Part shown: positions 24,001 to 37,003 of the stretch, in pieces | How positions within the stretch are numbered: the stretch's first letter is position 1 | How the letters are laid out: the number at the start of each line of letters is the position of its first letter | Source of the DNA: Lepidodermella squamata | Taxonomy: Eukaryota > Animalia > Gastrotricha | Reading direction: 5' to 3' | Length of the DNA stretch: 64,000 nucleotides | Assembly: GCA_047495785.1 (NCBI GenBank) | Contig: JBLDXI010000009.1 | Location: 3,844,001 to 3,908,000, forward strand | The notes under the pieces: model-generated | The model's input: the letters and a program-made list of their open reading frames with translations, nothing else | Database searches by the model: none | What the model was told of the DNA's origin: nothing | Made by a program: the position numbers and the translations under genes

Positions 24001-27000
24001 TCTATGGAATACGGTTGCTTGATTGCAAAATATGTCACTAGCATTTCGGTGAAAAATTCAAAGCCGATTTATTCGATGGACTACCGCGATCCTTCCAAGC
24101 TTTCAGTCGAACTGCAATTTTGAAACGACTGCCTGTAGGGTTAGCTGCTCGAAACAATCTCTAACCTCAAACTTGACCGCATTTCGAACCATTTTGGATA
24201 CATGTTCTCAATAAGTTAATGAAATCAAACTGGTTGAAATTCAAAAAAGTTGTCTGAAATTTATATTTGCGCCATTTTATGAGCCCAAATTCGTAAGCTT
24301 TATGAAAAAAATGTCATTTATTTGAACACCGGCAGTTCCCTCCGATTAGATTTTGATTAAAATCCTCAATAAATAAGATATCGAAATGTGCATACCCGTT
24401 GAGCTTCTTGGGCCCACTGCTCCTGCAGCACCTTCTCCTGCTGCGCCCGTTGCTCAGATTCGCGAGCCTTCGCCTCGAAATGCGGCATGTACTGCTCGAC
24501 GTACTCCCTAACAACCGGCCGCAACGGTCCGAATTGATCGCGAAGGTAGCACAGCGCATGATACGCGGCCAAATCTTCACTCAACCGATAATCACGCATG
24601 TAGGCCATCGTCAACTGTCGATGACTGTGATCCGGCTTCTCGCTATCAATTCGAATGCCCTTCTGCTCGTTCTCATACTCGCGCCACGCCGCTGTTTTCT
24701 CCGCATCGTCCAGCGTCTGATCGGCCTGATGGGCTAGCAACGAATCATGGTCAAGGTACGACTTGACAACATGCGGAAATTTCCGCAACAACTCGGCGAA
24801 AATGCGATCTTTCGGCACGACAAACCGCGAGAAATCGTTCTGATCCCCAGTCGGTTGACTAGAAGGCCCAGCCGAATCGCCGGCCAGGGGCAGCGATGAA
24901 TCCATGGCAGATTGGGGCCGGGGCGAGTCTTTGATGACGTTGTCATTGAAATCAAACTCGTACAACTGCGCGATATCCTTCGCGCTGAAATGACGCAAAA
25001 TTTGCTGCTCATCAACAACTCGTTGCGACATTGACTGTTTCAACACTTGACGATCGTAGATTCGCTCTTCCATCGTCCCAGCCGCGACCAGTCGGTAGAC
25101 GTAGACCGGTTTCGTCTGGCCGAATCGATAAGCGCGAAACAGGGCCTGCAAATCGTTCGAAGGGTTCCAAGATACATCAGTGATAATGACTCGATTCGCG
25201 CCGACTAAATTGATACCCAACCCGCCAGCTCGAGTTGAAATCAGGAACAGCCTCGCCCGCAGATTTCTCGGGTCGTTGAAGCGTTTAATCAAATCACTGC
25301 GATCGGACGCGCCGACTTGGCCATCGATTCGGAAGTAGTCCTTATCCGGCTCCCAGGTTGAGAACAGATCGTCCTCAATGTCAATCGGCTCGCCCGATTT
25401 TTCGCGGATCGATTTCTCCTCTTTACGCCGTTTTTGTTCGGCGAACAAAATTTCTTCGAGTAGGTCGAGGAAAAAGAGGGATTGCGAGAAAACCAGCGTT
25501 TTATCACCCACAGCTTCGAAAGACCGTAATAGCTGCATCAGGACGATGAATTTCGATGACGCCTCGACGCTTCTCGCCATATCCTCGGTGACTAGGGACA
25601 AAAACCAGTCGAGACGAGCCGCGTTTTCAGTCTGAGGAATCGCGATTTCCTCCTCGTCGACTTTCGTATTCCGAGTATTCCGGCCCTTCTTACTGCCGCT
25701 TTTCGAGGTTGTTGCCACGTCCTTCTTCGGTTTCGATGACTTGGTTTTGCTTTTCGAATTCGGCAGTTCCTCCCCATCCGGGCCAATCATAATGACGCAA
25801 TCTGAGTCTGAATCAGCCTCCGACCCGCTCGACGCCTCAGGCTCCTCCTCGGCCGAGTCGTCATCGGCTGAAGACGCGCTTTTTCGGTCGGCTACGTCGA
25901 GGTAATCCCGCATTTCATCGCGAGCTTCTTTTTCGTCTCGTTTGATTTTAGCCGCCATGAGAAGATACGGATGAGTGGCTACGTATCTCAACGTGTGGTA
26001 GTCGGCGAAAAGTCGACGCCTGAAGTTGTTCGCCTCGCGTTCTGTCACTTTTAGGGTGCATTGGACACCGACGATGTCCGTGAGATACTTCACGTATAGA
26101 TCTGATTGAATCGGGGTCAAGCGAAGTAGCAGCACGTATTCGAGTTTTGTGGGTAGGACGTTTGAGAGGTGCTCGTAGCCGCGACGGTGAACGCAGCCCT
26201 GGAGCAGGCGGTGAAGGACACTGATTCGGCGTTTCATCAACCGCTCGTCGGCTGGGGTAGAATCTTTACATTCGCCGGCTCGAATCGGGTTAGCAAATCT
26301 GGCAAAAAGTAAATAAATCCAATTATCCAATTAGAGCTTTGACTGATTTTCCCAAAATTAGGATGTTCGATTTTAGAGTTTTCCCTAAATCTGAATTTTT
26401 ATTACAGGTAGATCTTACTATTATGCGTATTTTACGCTAAGAGTGGTCCGTTTGCCGAGTTATATCGATTTTAGAAATCGAGGAAATCTCCGATAACCGA
26501 AGTCTTGGACTTATGTGTTGAAATTGAACCACTTGGGTTAATTAAATAATTTATTCATTTAGGTAATTAATTTATCAATTTATCAATTAATTAATAACCA
26601 GGATCACGGGGGAGAGGGTAGGGTCAATATCAATAAAGAAATTAAAATCGCCAAGAATCAGAAAAATTTGGTGTTGTAACTCAAAAACTCAAATTTAGTC
26701 GTACAAATAATTTAAATCAATCAAATGAAAATTATTTTCGAGGGGAAAGGGAATGCTTTTTAAGTTATTTATATAAGGATTCCGAATAACTCTGCAATTG
26801 ATAATCAAAAATCACCCTTTTCGATCGGGCCCTTGAGAACTCAAAACCTTTAAAATCCGAAAATTGTGAGTTGGAACAGCCAAGTAGCGATAGTCAATTG
26901 TGCAAATTTTTAACGACTTTCAAGTCCAAGCTAATACGAATCATTCCGAATAGCAATGATTTAACATTGCTAAAACTTTCAAATTGTATTTTTGCCTTAC

Positions 27001-30000
27001 CGATTCGCGAATTCTTCCTTGTTTCCAAGAAGAGCAGGCTTGACGAAGGAGACCATGCAGTGGTACTCGAACAGATTGTTCTGCAGCGGCGTGCCAGTCA
27101 GCACAATTCGCCGCTTCGTTCTCACCAAATTCGCCAATTTCGAAATCGCAGATTGGGACGACTTCAAAATATGACCCTCATCGCACACGACAATGTCCGG
27201 GCCCGGCGAAATCAACGCCTCGTGAAACACGTTCGGCCTTTTCGACGGCGACGTTTTATTCGGTTTATAATCAGCCGTCAGCCGGCGATACATTTCGTAA
27301 CCGAGAATCATGACGCCGCCATCGCGTTGCCACCCGGCCATTTGGGCCTGGCGAGCTTTCATCAACTTGACCGCAGACATCTCACGAACGTCAATTTCAT
27401 CCTCCTCAGGTACCCATCGCCGGAATTCCTGCTGCCAGTTCAGCACAGTGTTCAACGGCGATAAAATCAAACAAGTTCTGATGCCGGTTAAATGGTTATT
27501 TGCGATGATTGTGTGAACGAAGGTGATGGTTGATAGCGTTTTGCCGAGACCCATGCAATGCGCGACAATGCACCCACTGCCCGGTTCACCGCGCTTCAAA
27601 TTATCCACAGATTCACACGTGGTTTCCCACATGAATTTAACAACTTCAACTTGATGCTTTTTCAACTTTTTAGCAATCATCGGGTTAACTTGCAGCAGCG
27701 GTTTGCCGGTTTCAGGCTCCATTTCGAGAATCAAAGCATCGGCTGTTTCTGTCCCGCCTTGCGACATGTTTAAAATCGCGGCATTGTAAATTCTCTGCCG
27801 TTCTGCGATACGCTTTTGCCGCTCATTCTCGGCCTTAATCGCATCTCGAGTATCTTTCCCAAGCTCGCCAATCGCCTTAATTCGTCGAGTTTTTTGTTTC
27901 AATTCTGAAAAAAATGAGAAATTAAATAATGAAACTCCTTCTTAACTCTTAACTCACTCTCTTCGGAACCTTCATCGACAATCACAGTTCGAGAGTTTTT
28001 CTTCGAGCTCAGCGTGCTGCGGGAACGGGTGACTCGTTTCGGCTTCGGTTTAGTCTCAAAATCGTCGTCATCATCATCGTCATCTTTTACATCGCTATCA
28101 TCGTCCCCCTCTTCTTCCTCTTCTTCATCGTCATCGTCATCATCGCTCGCGTTTGATTTCTTCTTCTTTTTAGCCATAATAGCTCGACGTTTTGCTGAAG
28201 GTTCGAAATCTGAGTCTGATGGTTGGTAAGAGTCTTCTTCATCGTCGGAGTCGCCCTTTTTCGTCGACTTCCGACGACCCGATCGGCGAACCACAACTTC
28301 GCTATCTAAAATAATCCCCGAAAAATTGAGAGAAAATTTATTTAATTGAACTTCGCACCTTCTGAGCCTTTTTCACTGCTAGTACTTGGGTCGCCAACGC
28401 GAGTTCTCAGCAGTTTTTCAACATCATCAGGTATGTTACCCTTCTCGCCCTTTGAAGGCTGTTGAGGTGGCTTCTTTTTCGAAGCTTTTGTTTTGAAGTC
28501 GTCATCATCCTCAAACTCGTCCTCATCTTCATCCTGTTCCTCGTCATCTTCCTCTTCTTCGTCCTCGTGATCTTCAAAATCGACTTCTTCTTCGTCAGAC
28601 ATTATCTGGTGTCTACCAACAAGCTCCGGTTCCGTCAAAAGCGAATTATCGTCCTCGTCGGAATACTCTTGTTCAGAGTTTGAACTCTAAAAACAAGCAG
28701 CGAACAGCATTTAGTAGATGAAGTAGTGGATTTGGTGGTAGTGTTCAATAAATATTAATGATAAACCTAATGGTGGAGAATAATATCGAATTTAGGCTAC
28801 ACTTCATCGAATTTATGCAGTCAAATGTTAGATGATGACGACAGGTGGAAATTTAAACCAATGTATAAGAGCAAAACTTTATGTTTTCAACCAGAGTTGA
28901 GCAACAAAAAAAAGCAAACTTATCGCGGCTATATTTACAAATCTACGTAGAAATCGTAAACAATTTGGAAAAAAACCTCGCTGCTGAGCCAACAAATCTC
29001 ATACAGCTTCATAGAAAATTAAATTGTCAATTTCTTTTTACCGATTCGCGTTTCTTCGCTGACGATGACTTCTTGTTTCGAGCACTTTTAGGACCGCGGT
29101 AATCACTTCGTTTGGAAGTGTTCGGCATCCTTGAAAATGAAACAAACAAATAATCCAAAACTATAGTGAATTCGCTCCCACGAACCTAGTCAACCTAGCA
29201 ATCTCTTCATCTGTATCAGTTCCTTCGAATTCGAACGACTTAGACACTGCCGCTTTGTTTTTACGAATGCTTTTAATATCTTCCGAGGCGAAACCCATTC
29301 CGACGAGTTCGTCGAGCGAAAACGAAGTCTGGTTAGAGGGCGGAAGCTTGGCAACAGTGACGATTGGGACGAGTTGCTTGAGCTTAGGGTCAACCGCCAA
29401 ATCTCGCCACTTTTTAAAAGGGTACGAAGCGGAGCAAACAGGCTCATCACTTCCCGTTGAAACGCGTCGCTATATTCGAACAACAATAAATATTTACTTG
29501 AATTTACTAATTCACCTTCTGAAGCTACCTTTCTTTTAGGAGCAGCGCTAGTACCAGCAGACTGCAACCTTTTGCTACTTGAAGCCTCCGATTTTCGATT
29601 GGATTTCTTTTTATCTTTAGGGGTGCGCAAACCTTCAACGCCAACAATTAAACAAGATTCACTGGAATCGCTATCTTGATGCGCGACATTTTTAATGGGT
29701 TTAGATGACAGTGAAGGCTCAGATTTACTACCAGCAGCTGTGCTGCGTTTCTGAGAATTTTTAGCACTAACGCGCTCCTTCTCTGCAGCTTTCGCATGAT
29801 TCGAGCGATCAGGACTTCCAGCGTTCTTATCAGCACTAGCAGAAGCACCAACATTTTCAGGTGAGCCGTCAGCTGACTTTTTGCCGTAAACTTTCCGCGC
29901 CGATGTTCTAGAGGACGATTTTACCGGTTGTTCTGGGCTGTTTTCAATGCTCTCATTCGACTTATCTCCGACATTATCCCCATTTGAGGCAGCGTGTCCA

Positions 30001-30434
30001 TTCGACATGGTAGGCTCTTCATCGTCTGAAATTCGATCTTCAGTATTCTGAGCAACTTCGTTCGAAGCTTCATCTTGAAGCAACAATTCAAGATCATCAT
30101 CGTCGGCCAGCAATGCTTCTCTTTCTGGATTCAGTTCCTTGGCCCCATTTTGGGGGCTGGCGCCATTAGTATGTAATATCGCGTTGCTGCTGATACGCAA
30201 CGGCGAGCGAACTGGAGAAGCAACGGGCGCAGGCGAAGCTCTTACATCAGCTGAAGCCTCTGGCAATGAAGTCGAAGGTGTTTTCGATACTTTCATCAAC
30301 AAAGCCATGAACTGGAAAGCACTATGGAGCAACTTAGACATCGCATCTTCATCACCGGGTGATCTTTCATAAGATTCCAGAAATTGATGCCCATCTTCCA
30401 GAGCTTGGGCCAGAGATTCAATGCGGCGAGCCAT
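21044..30434 (-). CDS. ATRX: ATRX/XNP-type SNF2 chromatin remodeller lacking an ADD domain, 8 exons
   Basis: join(30434-29529, 29469-29186, 29129-29042, 28686-28359, 28305-27958, 27904-27001, 26298-24396, 21508-21044), all phase-compatible. ATRX-type motifs GCIVAHCMGLGKT, GPDIVVCDEGH, LTGTPLQNNL, LFLISTRAGGLGINLVGANRV, PKDRIFAELL. The exon 1/2 donor and the last exon are inferred from splice phase. Confidence 0.92.
21690..23140 (+). pseudogene. Decayed hAT (Hermes/hobo-like) transposase inside the last ATRX intron, antisense
   Basis: Fragments across frames: DFQPFSIVNDLGF, TSDMWTD, AVTDKGSN, RW..LYDSLRSI, and the dimerisation-domain LLNWW...WPTLA...PASS. Stops and frameshifts present, with several GT-AG intron-like gaps. 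Confidence 0.85.
26408..26680 (+). repeat. Dispersed intronic repeat (degenerate MITE) shared with the G6PC-a intron at about 36294-36710
   Basis: tagatcttactattatgcgtatttt (about 26409) versus tagatcttcatattatgcgtatttt (about 36420), and aaatcgccaagaatcagaaa versus aaatcgctaagaatccgaaa. The G6PC-a copy has degenerate inverted ends. Confidence 0.55.
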
Positions 30435-31285
30435 AGGGCTATTTGTCAGAAAAAAGCCACCAATTTAACGAAAAATGTTGACCATCTAAATATGTTGCAT
30501 GGAATCCCAAATTAAGGCATAAGCGAGATGCGAGAGCAAGTCTGAAGCCCTTCATTACAACGTTAAAATAAGAAAACAATGGACTGTCAATATTTAAGGC
30601 AGCAGTACCAAGATCCAGATTCCACGTGAAACGGCATAAGTTAGCAGATGAGAGGAAAGCTAGCAGCTCATTAAATCATTAAACTACGCTGATGAAATAG
30701 AAGAAGACAGAAGGGTGAATGAAATATGGCCGATCGGGGTAGGAAAATAATATGTGCCACGTAATCATCAGTAGTAATCATCAATCGGTTTTCAGCGAGT
30801 CTATCCACCCCGCGTTTTCTGCCGGGCTTTTTCAAAAAATGCTATAGCCAGGATATTTGTGACTTTTATTTGCAGTAAAATACTGCTAAAAACATCCCGA
30901 ATTATTGAGCAAACTTTTTGATTTGTAAAATAGCGTAATATGCGCTTATATTTTTGGGTTGACCTTGAAAAGCTGAAAAGCTGAAAAGCGCGCGAACAAA
31001 CGTTTTCAGCTGAGAGATCGAGCTTGAGTCGATGTGGTGCAGGCTGAAGTGGGTGCTGACGCGCCGTTGCGGTTTCTAGGCCTTTCGTGACGTGGCATAG
31101 TTACTGGTGCGATATGAGTTGCGATATACCCCTTGATTCGCAATGGATGATGAGTTGTTTCGTGGGAATATTGAGCTCTTTTTCTGATTTGCATTTTGCA
31201 GTATTTGGTTATAAAAGTCGGTCTTATTTTTTTATAGAGCGATGGCTATCGGATTTAAATCACTTGACGGCGCGCTTTAATTGAA

Positions 31286-34200
31286 ATGCCTGGCTTCCAA
31301 GAAGAATTCAGTAATAAGCTTGGCCTCATTTTGTCTCAGCTAAATTGTGCTATTTGGTATTATATCTCTAATTTTACGCGCCCACCCCTATCTCAATCCA
31401 TTGTTTTACTTTAGTTTGGACATATATTCAGATCCTGTGACTCTACCTTGTGGTAATACCTTCTGCAAGTAAGATTTTTCTCGCATTTCCTGGTGGAAGT
31501 TACAATTTATAACTTTAGGGCGTGTATCAGTCAATTCCGAGACTCCATTCTCAGAGGTCGCTATCAGAGTGCTGTAGATGAGCCTTCGAAATTTGTTTGC
31601 CCGACATGCCGGATGGAACTCGGCCCAAGGTAATATATCTACAAATATGCATTGCATACGTTCATCTTTATATCTTAGGACGGCCTTGCCTGAAAATTGC
31701 GCTCTTCAAGAATTAGCTGAACTTGCACGACGCACAATTAGGCGTTGGGAACTTCTGTTTGGTCGCCCCTGTATGTTGACGTTGCGTTATCTTTTGCTTT
31801 GATTATTTAATTTCTTTATGTGCAGATCAACCGCCGAAGGTTAATGTGCCTTTGTCGCAATCAACAGTTTCGTCATCTGTTTCTTCTGTAAGGCATTATT
31901 ACTGCCTCATTGTACCAAAATAGTATTGTTTGTTTCAGTCTGGTGACCGCTGTCTGAATCGTAGCAACGAAAATGGTTCGATTAGCTTTTATATACTTGA
32001 CTTGATTTTAAAGAGCCCTATTTCTAGAGCCACCTCGGTTATCGCTATTCGGAGAGCAAGGATCCCCTGGAATGAAACCACTAGGTTTGTGTATTAATTT
32101 CAACTTCCAACGAGCATTGAATTGTATTTTGATAGATAGTTTCAAATCTCCGCCTCAGCTGTCCCCTGCTATGCCTATGGCAGAATCTAGCATGAATTCC
32201 GAGCTCAAGAAGCTCATATCACCGCCTAAAGTTTACGGCCGATCAATGAGCGTTCAAAATGCAATCCCATCTGCTCCATTCAGCACAAAGGATATGTTTA
32301 AAAAGCCGGCGTCAAAGGATCCTTACCAGTTTCACGGAAGTCAGAGTCAAAGTCAAGAGGAAGAGGAAAAGGCTGCGAAAAAGAAGAAGGAAATGGATTC
32401 GAGTGAAGTTATGCCACCTCCAAAGGTCAAGAAGGTAACAAAGTCGGCGAGCAAGGCGAAGTCGACGGAGCAAAGTAAAAACAACGTTGTTGAGGCGTTA
32501 TCATCGCAAAATCCGATTATTCAACACATGAGATCAATTGTCGAAGCTGCTGAGCAAGTCCAGCTTGTCGTTGAAACCGAAGCCCAGCGAAGTGTTACTC
32601 CGACTGAGAATCAAGTCGCTTCTAAACGACCTTTACCTGACGACGGAAACGTTACTGGCAGCGGCGGCAAGAAATTGAAGCAAGACCAAGCGAAACAAAG
32701 TATTAAAGATAACTTCCCTATGTTGGATTTTATGCTTCCAACTAGTGAGACTGAAATGTCGAATTCGCCCCCGAAGACAGTGAATAGCCAAATGCCAGCT
32801 GAAGTTCCACCGTCTTTGATTCATGTGAATTTATCGCTTTCAGCAAGCTCGTCAAATAGACCTAACATCGGTTCTGCTGAATCACGTAGCTCAGATATAA
32901 CTCTTTCGTTATCTTCGGGAAAAGTTGCGACTCCGAAGAACCCGGAGCTTTCGAGTAGTTTGACAGCTTCGTCTTCGGCTAAATCATCTACCCTTGTTGG
33001 CAAGAGTTGCGTTGAACCATCGATCGTTGATCAAATTTCCAGTCAGGCCAGTTCAAAGCGCGCGCAGCTTGAAACCATCGATGTTTCGACCGAAACACCC
33101 CGTCCAGCGGGTTTTATCCTGATTTTCCCGGATGGAAACGTATCTATGTCCGCATTGGTTAAATACATGGTTCATAGCTCGGTAATTTTCTGAGTTAACT
33201 AATTTTCTCGTTCCTAAAATGAGTTTTTACAGGCTCAAACGGACCCTTTGCCAGAGCCGGAGCCTAGGATCGAGGTAGTGAGACAGGTAATGGGGGTTGA
33301 AACAATTCGAAAATTCTTAATAATTTTTCAAATTTTAGTCGGTAAAGGAAACTGCGAGTATTGAAGTTCAAACAGATAAAATCGAAGTTCCAGTCATTCA
33401 TCAAGCTTCAGCTGAGGTCCAAACAGACGAAATCGTAACCGAAGTTCCGGTACCGATGGAAACCAATGATCAAGGTTTGCCCCAACCTGCCAATAATGAT
33501 GAAGGAACTTCGACATTCTGGTCTTTACCTCAAGATGCTAACATGCCTCCACCCGAAGAGCCGCCCACCTCGCGACCAGAATCGCTAAATTTGATCCCGT
33601 CTGCAGCCTCGTTGTGCCCTGACAGTCTCGCAGTAGCTGCTGCACTATGCCGGGCTGATGAAGACGACGCTGATTTGGCTGATACTATGGTCGCAAATTC
33701 GAATTCTGGCGACTATATCGTCGCGAATACTCCACCTCAGAACGAAGATTATGTACTGCCTTCGCCGAATAAAGCGTCTCCTAATAAGCAGCAAAGCTCG
33801 GCCGATTTCGTGCCGTCCTCAGTTCAATCGTTCCTTCGATCGCAAGACCCAGGCACAACGAATATGCAGCTATCAGTTTTCGACGAAAAACCAGCATCGG
33901 AGAGCCCGGCGCCTGATTTGACGAAAACCGTCATGAATATCACGGAGATAACACCAGCGACTGAAATGACTATGAAATCAGGCGATGGCAAGTCGGCGTT
34001 GACTAATTTTATGAATCGAATGTCTAGCCAGTTCGGCAATCAAAGTTCAACCCCGTCTGGTGCTACGCTGAAAAAATTCACCTTCACGACGCAAGACCCG
34101 TTACCTCCCCCACCGCCACCGCCGCCTGAAATCCCGTTGAAACCAGCCCCTGTTGTTATGAAGTCGGTTTTACCGCAGTCCCAGGCTGATTTGCCTCAGT

Positions 34201-35084
34201 TATTACGAGATGCTAGGAGTGAACCATCGACCATCTCGCTAACTTCATCCGGCTGTTCGGGCTATGAGCCATACACGACTGCGTTACGCGGGTTCTGTGA
34301 TTTGTTTTCATGCCGGCAGACTGGGAATTTCCTGGTAAAATCGACCACTCACGTCGTTTTGAAAACACTGCCTGGTTACGAACCTTTCCGAGTTTGCGAC
34401 CGTACGATGAAGTTTTTGATGGCAGTTGCAGCGAGACGCTGGGTTGTTTCGATTCAATGGGTTTTGGACTCGGTGAGAGAGCGGCGAGTTTTGCCTGAGG
34501 AGCAGTATGAAATCACTGGCGATTCATCAACGGCACCTGACCACTGCGGGCCGTCGAAATCGCGGTCGTCTCGAAGCGGGCTATTCGCGAATATCGAAAT
34601 CTGTTGCACCGAGAATTCGTTGACAAACCCGGTTTTCACGCGTGAAGATGTGTTCCAATTGATTGAGCTCTGTGGCGGTACGAGGATTGATTCGCCGGAC
34701 GCGTTTTCTTACAAACGGGGTACGAAACGTATTATTGCGATAGAAGAGCCGGTCACTGAGAGCGGACAAACTATCCCGCCAACGGCTGATGAGCTGAAAC
34801 GCCGTAAAGGTCAGTTTTCATTTTCACCAGCGTAAAAGCTGGAAATTACTTGAATATTAAGGAACTAAGAACTTCTAATTTTGATCTGAGAGAATTCTAA
34901 TTCAACGTTTTTTTTCTATATTTTAGACATGCATCGCAGATACAAGGCCGTGCTGCTCTCTGTTGATTGGATTCTGGATTCGATTTCCCGCAGTTCTCGA
35001 ATCGATGCTTCACATTCCGCGAATGCTGCTTATGTTCTTTTCGGTTCACCGTCCGAACTTGCTGCTCTCGCTTCAGCAAATTAA
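31286..35084 (+). CDS. BRCA1: BRCA1 orthologue (N-terminal RING, C-terminal tandem BRCT), about 11 exons
   Basis: RING assembled from micro-exons 31286-31356, 31415-31468 and 31519-31629: LNCAICLDIYSDPVTLPCGNTFCKAC...CPTC. Further exons to 33339-34809 and 34927-35084. BRCT1 has TSSG, TTHVV, CDRTMKFL and WVVSIQWV; BRCT2 has WILDSI. No ankyrin repeats, so not BARD1. Confidence 0.9.
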
Positions 35085-35306
35085 CTGATTTCATAGCTAT
35101 AAAATCTCTTTCAATTATGATAGATCTTTTTTGTTGCTGATCTTTCTCAATTTTGCACCTAAGAATTTGATCAAAAAATGAGGCTTTCAGGCTTTGATAT
35201 GAATAATAATGAAATTTGCTCAATTTATTTGTTATTTTTGTAGACATTATTTTACCACAATTTTTATACAATAATTACATATAGTTGCTCAAAATAACCG
35301 ATCACA

Positions 35307-37003
35307 ATGCTAGCAGAAGTACTCCACTCCTACCTCTCGTGGGAAATCGCCACAATTTCTTGGCTACAGACTCTGTTCACAAATATCGGCCTCATCGAGC
35401 TGTTCTACTACATCAATTTCTTAGGCGATCCTCGGTATTGCTTCCTGATCCTCTCGCCGCTCGGCTACATTTTCAGCCGTAAACTCGGCGAATCCGCCTT
35501 AATCATGACCGCACTAGCTGAACACATCAACACAATGCTAAAATGGGTCACATTCGGCCATAGGCCCTACTGGTGGGGCCAGGCGTTTATCCCAGAAGAA
35601 ATCCGGCCCGAACTGCAGCAACGCCGTCTCACCTGCGAATCCGGCCCTGGTCTACCCTCAGGTCACGTCATGGTCTCAATGGTGTGCTATTTCGTCCTAA
35701 TTTCTTACTTCATCCGTCATTTGGGCGGGCTTAAGAAACACGTTATGGCTGTTGGTTTAGCCTATGCCTTTGGAATCGCTTGCGTCGCGCTGTCTCGGCT
35801 ACTCCTCGCCGCGCATTTCATCCACCAAGTTGCGATCGGGTCAATTGTTGGCACTTGCATTTGCAAAATCGCGCATTCGACCAAGCTCATTGAAAAAGTG
35901 CGGTCTGAAACTGTTCTAGCCGGTCTTCTGGTATTTTTCACTGGCTCGCTGGTTTACACCGCGCTGTGGTTGAGCGGCTTCGAGCCGACCTGGACCGAAG
36001 CGTACGCCCTGAAATACTGCTCCAACAAGTCGTGGGTCCGCCTTGATACAACCACCCTACATGCGTTGGTTCGTGATTCTTCGTCGATTATCGGCGTGTG
36101 GTTGACGCGTATGGTTGCGGAGAAACTCGAGGATGTGCTGCCGTCGGATAAGCAGCTGTCCTTCAGGACTAAGCTTCTCAACTGCTTCATCATCCTGCCG
36201 GCTCTGTTCATTTTCGATCGAAGCTTCCATCTGCCACGTGCATATTTCTACCAGGTGATTTTTCAACTAGATATTTTGAAAGGGTGTGGCTAGTTTGCAC
36301 CCTAAATTTAGGGTCTCAGCACTAATTATGAGACTTCAGCACTAGATTTCCACTAAATATGGTTTTTCGAGTTTCATGTCTTCACTAGAATCTAAATTAT
36401 TTGCTATCAGGCCAACCGATAGATCTTCATATTATGCGTATTTTTAGCTATAAGCGGCAAGTTAAACTTTAGTCGGTCGAGCCAATATCCATTTTTAGTA
36501 TCGATTTTACAAATCAGTTTCCGATATCAGCCGTGTTGGAACCCAATATCGATCATTTTCTACATCGGCGCCAGTTAGCTAAATAAAAAATCGTAGGTTC
36601 AGAGAGAGCGTCAGTATCGATAAAAAATGCCGAAATCGCTAAGAATCCGAAAGATTTAGTGCCAGGACACTTAAATTTAGTGCTGGAACCTCATTTATAG
36701 TGTTGCAAATATTTTGGCCCATTTTCAAAGTCGGTATAAAGAAAGCCTCTAAATTATTCATCTTGTACTAGCCAAAAGTGTGGCTCATTGAGGAACAAAT
36801 TGTGGTTTTACCTGCTAGAATTTTCGTTATTTTTCTTATTTGGTGATTTTCGATCGAATTTTATTGAATTTTGTGATTATTTTTAGGCTGCTTTCGTCTA
36901 TTGGTCTGCTATGCCAGTGATTGTTTGGCTGGCTAAAGGCGGCATTGTTTTGGCTGAAAACGTCACAGTCAAGGCTATTGGATCTCCACAAAAATCTCGC
37001 TGA
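35307..37003 (+). CDS. G6PC: Glucose-6-phosphatase (PAP2 family) paralogue a, 2 exons
   Basis: join(35307-36254, 36887-37003). Catalytic motifs KWVTFGHRPYWW, TCESGPGLPSGH, SRLLLAAHFIHQ. Multiple TM helices. Ends QKSR. Confidence 0.93.

Noticed and set aside
31006-31140. GC-richer stretch in the ATRX/BRCA1 spacer as a possible ncRNA gene
   Set aside because: No recognisable snRNA, SL-RNA or snoRNA motif set. It is more simply promoter or leader sequence.
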